From an uncultured Eubacteriales bacterium (lineage in GTDB: Bacteria > Bacillota > Clostridia > Christensenellales > CAG-917): a DNA stretch of 64,000 nt. Positions 7,599 to 18,300 of the stretch are shown in pieces; position 1 is the stretch's first letter, and every line of letters begins with the position of its first letter. The translations under genes and the position numbers were made by a program. Under the pieces are notes generated by a model. The model did not search any database. It was given only the letters and a program-made list of their open reading frames with translations, and was not told the origin of the DNA. The stretch is from NCBI GenBank assembly GCA_900322215.1, contig ONYW01000003.1, forward strand, positions 9,199-73,198, read 5' to 3'.

Positions 7599-10268
7599 AT
7601 GAAGAAGATTTTTACATCTATATTGCTTATTGCACTGTTTGCAACTTGCCTTGCACTCGTTGCGTGCAACGAACAAACAGCCACACCCGAATACTTTGGG
7701 ACATACCAAATTCTAATAAATAACGACCTAGACTTCTCAATTCAAATTGATGATAGAGGCTTTAAAATCTCAGACACTACTTATACATATGAATTCAACG
7801 ACTCTTATTTTTATATTAAAGATATTCCAAATCCATCTATGAGGCGTTTTTATAGATATGAAAACGGAAACTTGTTGAGTCCGCACATATTTATGGATCA
7901 TACAATGGGGCAAATCACGAGTCGAGATGGGAATATTAATACAAGGCTTATGTGGTTATCCGGAACCAGTGTGGAACGCGCCTGGTCGTTTTCCCTTGAT
8001 GGCACATACCAAATACTAGATACATCAGATTACTCCAATAATGCATCGGGCACATATATTTTAAAAAACGGGCTTCTTACCCTGACTGGGAAATTTACTC
8101 TAAGCGGAAAAAAAGATTATCGTAGATTCTATATAGATTCGTCTTTTAGGATCCATGTAGTTGCATTTGTCAAAGACATGAGCATATTTGAGCGCGAACA
8201 AACACCTTCTCAACCTGGTGACGACAATCCAACAACTCCTGTGGACGACAATCCAAGCACGCATGAGCATAGTTATACGGCACACGTAGTCCAACCAACT
8301 TGCACAGAGCAAGGCTACACAGAATACGTTTGCTCTTGTGGAGATAGTTATAGATCTGATTATACCAACGCGCTTGGACACAATTACAACTCGGTTGTCA
8401 CAGAACCAACTTGCACCGAACAAGGATACACTACCAAAACATGTTCTAGATGCGGTGATTCATACAAGACAGACACAACTTCTGCCCTTGGCTACCACAG
8501 TTATGCAAAAATTGGCGAACCTAATATCGACACATCTTGTGCGCTCTCATCCACACAAAAGTATAAATGTTCGGTCTGCGGAGATGAAATCGTGCGATTT
8601 GTCGACCTCTCAGAGGGAGTGTCAGACTGCCACAATCATCTTGAAGTTGGAGACGTATGCGAACATTGCGGATATAAGGTTCATTTCAAAAACAATGATG
8701 GAACGGTGCTTATGGACATTGGCAATAACAATTTGTCCGTGGAATTCTATGGTGAAACAGCAAATAGCATCAACAATTCATTGAAGCCTTGTGTGACAAA
8801 CGTGTTTTTCTCAAGTGCTGTCAAAGAAATACGCGACACTTGCTGTGACTGTGACAACTTGGAATATGTCACAATTCCACAATCTGTCATTTCTCTCGGT
8901 AGTAGTGCTTTTAGCTATTGTAATAAACTACGAATTGTTAATATGCCACAACATCTATATTCTTTTATAAGATCTTTTGAGGATACACCATGGTATAACA
9001 ATCTTGTAGTAGAGACTGTAGACGGAATTGAATATAGAGGCAACGTTGCAATGGGCGTTGCAAACAACGGCGGACTCCCGCCGACTTCCGTTAAACTCAA
9101 AGACGGAACCGTCGGCATTGCATATAGCGCATTTGACGGTTGTGATTATTTGTTAGACATAACAATCCCGGACAGCGTGACAAGCATAGGAAGCTGCGCA
9201 TTCTATGATTGCACTGGTTTGACATCCGTCACCATCCCGGACAGCGTAACAAGCATAGGAACAAGTGCGTTCTATGGATGCAGTGGTTTGACATCCGTCA
9301 CTATTGGCAACGGTGTAACAAGTATAAGTAAGGAAGCATTCGAGAATTGCAGTGGTTTGACATCCGTCACAATCCCAGACAGCGTGACAAGCATTGGATA
9401 TTATGCATTCGATGGTCGCAATTTAACAACAATCAACTATGCGGGCGATATAGCAAGTTGGTGCGCAATAAGCGGACTTGGAAACTTGATGGATTATTGC
9501 AGTTCAACAAAATCGCTGTACATCGGTGGAAAGTTGGTTGAGGGTGATTTGGCAATCCCTGACAGTGTGACAAGCATAGGAAATGATGCATTCTGTTATT
9601 GCAGTAATTTGACATCTGTCACAATCCCGGACAGCGTGACAAACATAGGAGAGAGCGCATTCTACGGTTGCACCGGTTTGACATCCGTCACAATCGGCAA
9701 AGGCGTGACGAGCATAGGAGATTATGCATTCTATGATTGCAGCGGTTTGACATCCGTCACCATCGGTAGTAGCGTCACAAGCATAGGGGATCATGCATTC
9801 TATCCTTGTAATAATTTGACAACAATCAACTATACGGGAGATATAGCAAGTTGGTGTGCAATAAGCGGACTTGGAAACTTGACGGAATATGGCAGTATAT
9901 CAAAAGCGCTGTATATTGGTGGAGAGTTGATCGAAGGTGAATTGACAATCCCTGACAGTGTAACAAGCATAACAAGTAATGCATTTAAATATTGTTGCAG
10001 TGGATTGACGTCAGTCACCATTGGCAACGGCGTGACAAGCATAGGATATAATGCATTTTATTATTGCAGAGGTTTGACATCCGTCACCATCGGTAGTAGC
10101 GTCACAAGCATAGGAGAGTGTGCATTTTCTAGCACTAATTTGACGTCCATCTACTTTGGTGGGACAAAAGAACAATGGAATGCGATTTCAAAGGGCGAAG
10201 ATTGGAACGAGATAACGGGCGAATACGTCATTCACTGCACAGACGGTGATATAGATAAAGGAGAATAA
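7599..10268 (+). CDS. Surface lipoprotein with BspA-type leucine-rich repeats and Cys/His-rich PTCTEQGYT repeats
   Basis: Lipobox LALVAC; many VTIPDSVTSIGxxAFxxC repeats; two PTCTEQGYT units. Confidence 0.9.
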   Translation: MKKIFTSILLIALFATCLALVACNEQTATPEYFGTYQILINNDLDFSIQIDDRGFKISDTTYTYEFNDSYFYIKDIPNPSMRRFYRYENGNLLSPHIFMDHTMGQITSRDGNINTRLMWLSGTSVERAWSFSLDGTYQILDTSDYSNNASGTYILKNGLLTLTGKFTLSGKKDYRRFYIDSSFRIHVVAFVKDMSIFEREQTPSQPGDDNPTTPVDDNPSTHEHSYTAHVVQPTCTEQGYTEYVCSCGDSYRSDYTNALGHNYNSVVTEPTCTEQGYTTKTCSRCGDSYKTDTTSALGYHSYAKIGEPNIDTSCALSSTQKYKCSVCGDEIVRFVDLSEGVSDCHNHLEVGDVCEHCGYKVHFKNNDGTVLMDIGNNNLSVEFYGETANSINNSLKPCVTNVFFSSAVKEIRDTCCDCDNLEYVTIPQSVISLGSSAFSYCNKLRIVNMPQHLYSFIRSFEDTPWYNNLVVETVDGIEYRGNVAMGVANNGGLPPTSVKLKDGTVGIAYSAFDGCDYLLDITIPDSVTSIGSCAFYDCTGLTSVTIPDSVTSIGTSAFYGCSGLTSVTIGNGVTSISKEAFENCSGLTSVTIPDSVTSIGYYAFDGRNLTTINYAGDIASWCAISGLGNLMDYCSSTKSLYIGGKLVEGDLAIPDSVTSIGNDAFCYCSNLTSVTIPDSVTNIGESAFYGCTGLTSVTIGKGVTSIGDYAFYDCSGLTSVTIGSSVTSIGDHAFYPCNNLTTINYTGDIASWCAISGLGNLTEYGSISKALYIGGELIEGELTIPDSVTSITSNAFKYCCSGLTSVTIGNGVTSIGYNAFYYCRGLTSVTIGSSVTSIGECAFSSTNLTSIYFGGTKEQWNAISKGEDWNEITGEYVIHCTDGDIDKGE

Positions 10269-10270
10269 AA

Positions 10271-10765
10271 ATGCCATATATTTTGGACGACCTGAAAGAA
10301 CAACTGACCGAATTGCTTGACAATATGATCATTGATGAACTTATCACAAGCGCAAACGGGGTTGAAAACAATCAACATTTCAAAATATACAAAAAAGAAT
10401 GGATGGATGATGACAATTTGTTTGAATTTCATTATGAAATTCAACAGAATAAGGTGCACCCTGAAATATTCTATTTAAGGATTGATTGCCACTTCCACCC
10501 TTATGGCGAGAGTGCCAATTTGAACAGAGAACAGTATATTGAGCAATACGGCGAGAATAATGTCTATAAGAGAATTGCGCTTATGAAAGACGTTGACAAT
10601 AATATCAATATAAACGAAGCCCGCGTTTATAGGCAGAGATGGAGTTACAATTCGGTTTGGTGTTCAAAATGGGATTTGTCAACAATTGAACTCCCGCATG
10701 CAGACTTTGTTAAAAATATTATTGAAAACACCTTTGAGGTTGTAGACCTCACATATAAAAAATAA
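10271..10765 (+). CDS. Hypothetical protein
   Basis: 164-aa ORF starting 2 nt after the LRR gene stop; RBS GGAG; AT-rich like its neighbour; no motif recognised. Confidence 0.7.
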   Translation: MPYILDDLKEQLTELLDNMIIDELITSANGVENNQHFKIYKKEWMDDDNLFEFHYEIQQNKVHPEIFYLRIDCHFHPYGESANLNREQYIEQYGENNVYKRIALMKDVDNNININEARVYRQRWSYNSVWCSKWDLSTIELPHADFVKNIIENTFEVVDLTYKK

Positions 10766-10778
10766 AGCAAAAAACTAA

Positions 10779-10905
10779 TAAAAACCGCTCAGTTTTGATG
10801 AGATGCAAGGAAACAAAATAAATCACCCCGCCCAATGTACTGACGTACATGACGGGGTGTATTTGTTGTAGTTGACACAGCAGGTCGCTAAACTGTGCGG
10901 TTTTT
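10779..10905 (-). repeat. Dispersed palindromic element, copy C
   Basis: Terminal inverted repeat 15/16 (10780-10795 / 10890-10905); core at 10862-10876; inner hairpin nearly identical to copy A. Confidence 0.85.
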
Positions 10906-11526
10906 CAACGCAAGCAAATAGTGCTCTTCGCTCTCTTCGGCAAGGTCGACCGTGAAGAGCGGAGCAAAGGATTTTGCCTCGTCGAGGGGCGAGCCTATCA
11001 TGCGGGAGACGTGATCGGCGTGTTGCTTGTGGTGAGAGTTGAGAATGTTCCTGCCGAGTGAATGAACGATTGCGAGTCTACCGCCGTCTTTCAAAAGTAC
11101 GTGCGCCTTTTTTGCAAGTGCGCGTGGATCGAGAAAGTGCGGATAGGCATTGTAGATGACGATATCGTCGAAGGCTTCGCCTTTTTTGTTTTGCTGTCGG
11201 GGCTGTTCAAACTGTACGATGGGGCTCGGCTCGAACTGCAAAAAGTCTGCTTTTTCAAACTTTGCCCATTCCTTGCCCTCGAACTTGCGCTTTGCGACGT
11301 TTATCATCTCGCCCGAGACGTCTATGCCAAGCACCTCCCTGCCCGTGAGCGAGTGGAGTTCCTCCGTTATTGCGCCCGTACCGCACGCTACGTCAAGGAC
11401 GTGCGCCCCTTCACCAATGCCTACTTTTTCAAGGAGCGCGCGCTTGACGTCCGCAGGACACTCTTGATAGGAGTCCCACTCGCCTGCAAGATGGTCAAAA
11501 TATTTTTCTATAATTTCGTTTGTCAT
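10888..11526 (-). CDS. Class I SAM-dependent methyltransferase
   Basis: VLDVACGTG, GIDVSGEMI, FEKADFL. Lies 6 nt downstream of the ABC binding-protein gene. Confidence 0.9.
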   Translation of the reverse strand: MTNEIIEKYFDHLAGEWDSYQECPADVKRALLEKVGIGEGAHVLDVACGTGAITEELHSLTGREVLGIDVSGEMINVAKRKFEGKEWAKFEKADFLQFEPSPIVQFEQPRQQNKKGEAFDDIVIYNAYPHFLDPRALAKKAHVLLKDGGRLAIVHSLGRNILNSHHKQHADHVSRMIGSPLDEAKSFAPLFTVDLAEESEEHYLLALKNRTV

Positions 11527-11532
11527 AATGCC

Positions 11533-12708
11533 TTATGCAAAGAACGTTTCTGTGTTAATCTTTTGGTATCCGCCAAAGCTATTGCCACAAGCAAAGATGT
11601 CGCTTGCAAGGTCTTTACCGAGGAATGCGCGAGTAACTTCGTTGGTCTTTTCCGTCATATCGATGTCCGCAAAGAGGGTTGGATATGCGACCTTTGCGAT
11701 ATACCAAGTGTTGATGAGCGCGATTTCAAGGTTTGTATAATATGCGTTGTATGCCATCTCAAGATACACTTCGCCGTTTTGCCATGCCTTGATATCGTCA
11801 AACATTGTATCGTCCTCTTTGTAGAGAGGCTTGATATTCTTTACCGCCGCCGCGTCAACAATCATAATGTCGATATTTGCGCCAAGTGCGACAAATTTTT
11901 CTTCCTCAATCGCTTGAATGCCATCCGTTGCAAGACCGCTGACCGCGTTCTTGATGTGTGCGACGTTGAACGGCGCATAGTTTTGAGCAGTCATGAGGTG
12001 GTTTGTCGTGCCCCAGTTGCCGAGACCGCAGATATACACAGACTTTTTGTCCGCTTCCGCTACGTTTGCTGTTCTATCGGAGATGAGCTTTGTCTGCTCT
12101 GCGATGAATGCGTTGAGTGCCGTAGCCTTCTCTTCTTTGCCGAAGATCTTGCCAAGCATTGTGAAGCTGTTCTTGACGTTCTCATCAAAGACGCCGTTTG
12201 CACCGTATCTGAGTGTGACGACAGGGACGCCGAGTTGTGCTTGGAGCGCGTTCTCTTTTTCTACGTCTTCATACTCGGAGATGACGATGTCCGGATTGCA
12301 AGCAAGGATTTTCTCCGCTTCTGCCGCTTGAGCTTGAGGACCGCCTACGCCGCAGGAGTTTTCGATAGCGTCAAACACCGCCTTGTTTGCGAGTTGATAT
12401 GGTCTTGCCGCCGCGTCAAACATCTTTGGACGATTTGCAAGCGTAGTGTTGTCTATATCCTCGATACCTGCAAGCAGCGACACGTCGCCGATGTAGGAAT
12501 ACATACGGAGTGCGCCTGCGCCGATGCACACGACTCTCTTGTATGAACCGGGTGTAACGGCAACTTCTCTGCCTATCATATCTGTAATGACGATCTCACC
12601 TTGTACGTCAGACTTTTTGTTGCACGCGACAAATCCGACTACCGCAACAGAAAAGATCAAAACTGCTATAAGTGTACAAACGACACTTTTCCTTGCTATT
12701 TTGCTCAT
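11533..12708 (-). CDS. ABC transporter substrate-binding lipoprotein (iron-siderophore/cobalamin class)
   Basis: Lipobox GFVAC; ITDMIGREV, AEKILACNPDIVI. RBS GGAGG before ATG 12708. Confidence 0.85.
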   Translation of the reverse strand: MSKIARKSVVCTLIAVLIFSVAVVGFVACNKKSDVQGEIVITDMIGREVAVTPGSYKRVVCIGAGALRMYSYIGDVSLLAGIEDIDNTTLANRPKMFDAAARPYQLANKAVFDAIENSCGVGGPQAQAAEAEKILACNPDIVISEYEDVEKENALQAQLGVPVVTLRYGANGVFDENVKNSFTMLGKIFGKEEKATALNAFIAEQTKLISDRTANVAEADKKSVYICGLGNWGTTNHLMTAQNYAPFNVAHIKNAVSGLATDGIQAIEEEKFVALGANIDIMIVDAAAVKNIKPLYKEDDTMFDDIKAWQNGEVYLEMAYNAYYTNLEIALINTWYIAKVAYPTLFADIDMTEKTNEVTRAFLGKDLASDIFACGNSFGGYQKINTETFFA

Positions 12709-12709
12709 A

Positions 12710-13465
12710 TTAACCTCCAAATACGATGCCTTTGTGCCCTTCTACATCAAAGATTTTTGCCTTTACGCCAAAGACGTCGTCTATTGTTTGCTCGTTTATT
12801 ATTTCCACCCCGCCCGTGTGCTTGATCTCTCCGTTCTTCATCATAAAGAACTTGTCCCCAAACTCCATTGCAAAGCCTATATTGTGAATTGCTATGAGAA
12901 TTGTGATATTCTTTTCGCTTGCGATTTTCTTTGCAAGCGTCAAAATGAGTTGTTCGTTTTGAATGTCGAGATTGCCGGTCGGCTCGTCAAAGACAAGCAT
13001 CTTCGGCTCTGCTGCGAGTGCGCGAGCAATCGCCACCTTTTGTCTTTCACCGCCAGACAGTTCGTTGACGTTCTTGCCCTCGATATGAGCGAGTTCAAGT
13101 TGTTCGAGCGTACGCGCGACCACTTCTCTGTCCGCTTTGCCCGCGACGAGTCCGAAGTGAGAGAGCCTGCCCGTCAACACGCTGTCAAACACGGTGAGGT
13201 CGCCAAAGGATATCTCTTGCGGAACGTAAGAGATGAGTTTTGCCCTCTCTATGCGCGAGAGTTTTGCAATATTTTCGCCGTCAAAGAGCATCTCTCCGCT
13301 CCCCGCCTTTTGTATGCCGAGGACGCACTTGAAGAGCGTGCTCTTACCTGCGCCGTTCCTGCCGAGGAGGACGCCTATCTCGCCGTCTTTGAGCGACATG
13401 TTTACACCGTTTAATACGGGCGCGTTCTTTTTGTATGCAAATCTTAAATCCCTTATCTCAAACAT
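12710..13465 (-). CDS. ABC transporter ATP-binding protein (FecE/BtuD-like)
   Basis: Walker A GRNGAGKST, signature LSGGERQ, Walker B FDEPT. Start MFEIRDL overlaps the permease stop. Confidence 0.92.
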   Translation of the reverse strand: MFEIRDLRFAYKKNAPVLNGVNMSLKDGEIGVLLGRNGAGKSTLFKCVLGIQKAGSGEMLFDGENIAKLSRIERAKLISYVPQEISFGDLTVFDSVLTGRLSHFGLVAGKADREVVARTLEQLELAHIEGKNVNELSGGERQKVAIARALAAEPKMLVFDEPTGNLDIQNEQLILTLAKKIASEKNITILIAIHNIGFAMEFGDKFFMMKNGEIKHTGGVEIINEQTIDDVFGVKAKIFDVEGHKGIVFGG

Positions 13466-14541
13466 CACGCGCGCTCCTTTTTTGAAAACAACATAACGAG
13501 GAAGAACGGCGCGCCGAGCAGCGACGTAATCGCCCCAACGGGAAGTGCCGTACCGCCCGCGATAGAGCGGGAGAGCGTGTCCGCAATGAGCAACAGGAGA
13601 CTGCCGACAAGCGCGGTCATAGGAATGGATACGACGTGGTTGTGCCCGAGGAGTTTTTTGACGATATGCGGACAAATGATGCCGACAAAGCCTATAATGC
13701 CGAGGAAGGACACGCAAACCGACGTGATGAGCGAGGCGATGAGAAGCGACGCGACCCTCAGCGCCGACACGTTCACGCCTACCGTCTTTGCGACGTTGTC
13801 ACCGCCGAGCATGGCGTTGTAGCGCCAGGAGAGGCAGAAGAATGTGACGAGCGACGCGCCGACCACACCTATCATAATATAGTCCTGCGTAAACGTCGCG
13901 CGCCCGAGGTCTCCGAAACTCCATATAACAGCGGCGGAAAGTCCAACGTCGGTTGCAAAGAATTGCAGAATCGTCGTCCCTGCCGTCCAAATCGCGCCGA
14001 TAGCGATACCCGCAAGCACGATGGTGTTCGGAGAAAAGTTCCTGAGCCTGCACAGCGCAAGCACGAGGAGCGTTGACGCAACCGAAAACACAAACGCCAC
14101 GGCGGACACGGCAAACGGGTTGAAAGTGTTGACGGCGTCCGCCATATTCTTGCCCATAGTGAGAAAACCGCCGGCAAAACCGATGATCGAGAGGTTTGCG
14201 CCAAACACAGCGGCGTTGGACACGCCGAGCGTGGACGGAGAAGCCATGACGTTGCCGAGATTCGTCTGCATGATGAGACCTGCGACGGCAAGTCCCGCGC
14301 CTGCCACGATAGCGGCTATGACGCGCGGAAGACGAATGTAGAGCATGATCCTGTTGTTTGCGTTCGTACTCTTGCCCGCAAGTGCCTTGAAGCACTCCTC
14401 TATGGACATCTTGGACGAGCCGACGAACAGGCATACGAACACCATAAACACGGTAAGCACAAAGAGAGCGCAGATGATGACTGTCTTTCTCGTGCGCGCC
14501 CTCTTGATGTCTTGAATTGTGCTGAGTTCCGTGTTTTTCAT
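13465..14541 (-). CDS. ABC transporter permease (FecCD/BtuC family)
   Basis: IRLPRVIAAIVAGAGLAVAG...NVMASPSTLGV, IIGFVGIICPHI, LPVGAITSLLGAPFF. Confidence 0.92.
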   Translation of the reverse strand: MKNTELSTIQDIKRARTRKTVIICALFVLTVFMVFVCLFVGSSKMSIEECFKALAGKSTNANNRIMLYIRLPRVIAAIVAGAGLAVAGLIMQTNLGNVMASPSTLGVSNAAVFGANLSIIGFAGGFLTMGKNMADAVNTFNPFAVSAVAFVFSVASTLLVLALCRLRNFSPNTIVLAGIAIGAIWTAGTTILQFFATDVGLSAAVIWSFGDLGRATFTQDYIMIGVVGASLVTFFCLSWRYNAMLGGDNVAKTVGVNVSALRVASLLIASLITSVCVSFLGIIGFVGIICPHIVKKLLGHNHVVSIPMTALVGSLLLLIADTLSRSIAGGTALPVGAITSLLGAPFFLVMLFSKKERA

Positions 14542-14663
14542 GCCTAAATCATATCAATTTGCGTGAGTTTTTGCAAGTTTTTTTGAAAAATGTTCGGTTT
14601 TTTCTTGATTTTTCCGCACATGCAGTCCTATAATGAGTCAAATACTAAACAGGAGTACCGATT

Positions 14664-15218
14664 ATGGACAAAAGAGTCAAAAAGACGAGGCAACAAATCT
14701 ACAAAGCATTCGCCGAAGTCCTCAAAGAAAAGGGCTATGCAAAAATGACCGTCGAGGACATTTTGCAGGCGAGCGGAGTGTCACGCTCCACCTTTTACAC
14801 GCATTTCAAGACGAAGGACGACGTGCTTGACTCTATATCGGCGAATATATTTGAACACGTCTTTTCGCACTCGCTGACGGTGGAGGAGACGCACGACTTT
14901 TCAAAGTCGAGCATCTTTGACTACTCTCACCTGCTCACGCACATATTCTACCACCTGCACGACGAAAAGGATCTCATCACGGCGATACTCGCCTCGTCCA
15001 GCAAAAACGCTTTTCTGCACGATATGCGCCTACACGTCATGCCGATTATCGAGAGACTCATCTCCGACCGTCTCGTCAAGCGCATAGACGTCCCCGAAAA
15101 GCTCTTGAAAGACAAGGTGTGCGAAGACTTTATACTCTCCGTCGTATATTGGTTTGAAAACTCCTGCGCCGAGTCTCCCGAAAAAATCAAGGACTACTTC
15201 TTTGCGATGAACACCTGA
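14664..15218 (+). CDS. TetR/AcrR-family transcriptional regulator
   Basis: N-terminal HTH MTVEDILQASGVSRSTFYTHFKTKDD; RBS AGGAG; divergent from the ABC operon. Confidence 0.92.
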   Translation: MDKRVKKTRQQIYKAFAEVLKEKGYAKMTVEDILQASGVSRSTFYTHFKTKDDVLDSISANIFEHVFSHSLTVEETHDFSKSSIFDYSHLLTHIFYHLHDEKDLITAILASSSKNAFLHDMRLHVMPIIERLISDRLVKRIDVPEKLLKDKVCEDFILSVVYWFENSCAESPEKIKDYFFAMNT

Positions 15219-15256
15219 ATTGCCTCGGCGACCGTACAAAAGCGATTTCCTCATAC

Positions 15257-15284
15257 AAAAAGACCGGCAAAAACCGGTCTTTTG
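15257..15284. terminator. Bidirectional terminator between TetR and the 2881-aa gene
   Basis: AAAAAGACCGG-CAAAAA-CCGGTCTTTT between convergent genes. Confidence 0.8.
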
Positions 15285-15304
15285 AATTGTTTAGAAGTTG
15301 TTCG

Positions 15305-18300
15305 TTATCTCTTGAGCGGATCGACGTTCTTTTCTCTTTGGACTGCGTCGTTTAGCCCGAGCAACTGGTTGTTGAGTTCGATGTCGTCCTCGTCAAGATC
15401 GATTGTAAAGCGTTCGCCGAGATCCTTGTCGTTCTCCGGCGCGTCCACCTCTTGCTCGAGCAAGTAGTCGTCCTTTTTCTCTTCTTTCGGAGCGACTTCG
15501 ACTTCTTCTTCGTCGAGATTTACTTCGACGTTTTCAACCTTTGCTTCTTTTTGTACGCCTGCGTTATTGACTTGTTTTTCAGACTTTTCCTTTTCTTGGA
15601 GCCTTGCTTGTCTTTGACGCTCTTGTTCTCTCTCTTCGCGGTTGAGTTTCTTCTCTACCTGAGTGAGTCCCTCTTGCTCCATATAGCCTTTGAGGAAGTA
15701 CGCTTTCTTGTTGTTGGCGACGTCTTTGAGATACTTCGCATAATCCGCGTCGGAGGTTGCAAAAATGCCCTTTTCCGCTCTCTTGTTGTCAAACTCGCGT
15801 CTTGTCATCGGCTTGTCTGCTTCAAAGAGCGGGACGTTCTTGTCGTACGGACCGTTTTCGAGTTGCGCGGTGCGTCTCTCGACGTATTCCTTTGGCACTC
15901 TGCCCTGCGCATATGCGTCGAGGAGCGCTTCCTTTCTCTCTGCGACAAGGGCGTTCTTTTGCGCCAAAAGTTCATTGAGCGTGCGCTTCTCTGCTTCGGT
16001 TGCAAGGTGCGGACCTTTTCTTTCGATCTTGCCGATTTGATCTTCGAGACGTTTAAGAGTGCGGTTGAGACGTTCGTCTTCTGAAATCACAGGTTTTGCG
16101 GCTCTTTGAGCATTCTTTGCCGCATTCTTGATATAGTCTGCGTAGCCGCGGATTATATAAGGATTCGACGGTTGGACGTTCAAGCTGAATTCATTCACGT
16201 CATGTTCGAATTCGCCTCTGTTTTTTGCTTCCGTCAGCACGTTCTTTATGTATGCGCCGCCGTTTGTCGCAAGTTGTTTGAGCTGCTCGTATGCCGGTCC
16301 GCGCTGTGCGCTCTTGTCAAGTGAGATAGCAAATTTGCTTGCTGCGGTGGCGTACGCGTCGATGAGCACTTTCGAATTCAACATGGTTTTGCCAAAACTG
16401 TCTTTCATCGTCGAGAAGGATTTGACCATCTCTTCATTCATTCTTGCCATGAAACCTTCGATAGACTCATCGTTGTTTGCAAGATACTTGGCTTCGTCAA
16501 AGTATTTGGCTTCGCCGACGCGTTTTGTGCCGTCATGGTCAAACAGAGGCAAGCCCAAGAGGTCGCCGTTTTGTTGTGGATCTTTGACGAGTAGGAATCT
16601 GTCGAGTCTGTTTTGAGCGGCGTTGAAAACCTCGGTACGCTCATTCAACCCGTCCGTAAGCATTACGGTCGTCATTCTATAGCCGTATTCCGCCATAGAA
16701 TTCTTCCTGGACATATCCGGATCTTTTTCGAGTTTGCTCATTGCCTCAACGGCTCTGCTTGCCGCCGCGGAGTTAGGCCTATTGATGAGGAAGGAAAATT
16801 CTTTGCCCACCTCATGGATTGCATCCGCACCGCTCTTGCCTGTGAGAGCCTTGTTGAAGTTCAAATTGTCAATCGTTTTTTGCATCCAATTGTTCAAAGC
16901 TTTCTTTGGCGCATTGACAAACTCTTCAGGCGATACGCCCATTTGTTTCATCATTCTGTACGACATATAAAGGCCGTTGAGCGTGGATATGCCGGCGATG
17001 TCCTCACGGAACTCCGGAGGCATAATGGCATTGCGCGAGACGTCCAGATTGCCCGGGTACATAACGGTGTCTCCCTCGACCGCGAACGACTTGTGAATCA
17101 TGCCCAAAAGTTCTTTGGTATGCGCGAATTCCTTGTTCATTCTCTCGGCGGATTCTACCGCTTTGAGTTTTTCCGCAGGATCGTCGCTCTCAATCTGCTT
17201 TTGGAAGTCGATACGCGCGTTGTCATACAAACGAAGTCCGTAGATTTTATAGCCTTCTTCGCCCTCGAAAGGTACTTTGTCATAGCCGTACTCGTCCATC
17301 TTTTTGAACACGTCGAGAATGGCTTGCTTGGTTTCAGGTCTATACTCGAAGTCCATATCGTGCAAGCGATCGAAATCTTTTTGCCCGCTTTCGTCGAGTT
17401 GAGGCAACTTTACCTGCGTTTCTTTTCCGGCGATATTTAAGTTTGTATATCCCGCTTCTTTAGTAGTCCAAGCAGTCAGCCTCAAGTTGGTCTCTTCTTC
17501 ATACGACGCGCTGATGCCCTCTTTTTCCATTTCTCCGAACGCGTTTTGAACATGAGCATAGTTCATGCCATAGTCGCCGTTTTCTCTGCCACCTCTCTTT
17601 TTCTCGAGAGCGTCGCGATAATTCGGATCCAGATCCGCCATGTGGGATCTTGCTTCTTCCAACGTGTCGCGGATTTTCAGCTTGTCCTCATCGGTCAACT
17701 CTTTGCCGTGCAGGTATTTCATATTGTCCGTAATCTCTTTTACGGAATTCACTTCTTTTTCGTATCTGCCTACGAGGTTTTCTTCCAGCCCTTTTTCTGC
17801 GACGACGACGGTGTTGTCGGCAATCTTCGCAATTCTGTCGACGTCCTCCGGCTTGAGTCCGCCGATGACGATATTCCAAAGTTTTGGATCTCTGTTCAAA
17901 ATACTCGAGTTGTATTGCACATTGCCGAGCATTTCAAGTTGCGGGTTGGCTTTTTCCTCTGCCGTCAAATATGGACTTGCCGCCTGCTTGACTTCCGCAA
18001 GGCTCATAGTCTTCATGTTGTCGTGTATCCTATCGCTCAACTCTTTTGCGGCGCCGGTCTTTTGTCTCAACACCCTCCAATACTCGTGTTTGACTTTTTC
18101 TTCAAGGCGTTCTCTGCCGACAGCGTCCATAAGGGCGTTCTGGCTCTCCGGAGTCATCACTTTGAGCGCTTCACTAAAAAACACGCCAAGACGTCTTACG
18201 TTGTTTTCGGCTCGCTCGATAAATTCTCTCTTTTCAAGCCAATTCTTGCCTTGAGGCTCGTTCTTCGGGGCTTTTTCGAGTGCGAGTATCTTGGCGACGA

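Noticed and set aside
14542-14663. Cobalamin riboswitch upstream of the ABC operon
   Set aside because: The interval is only about 120 bp, AT-rich, shared with the TetR promoter, and has no B12-box.
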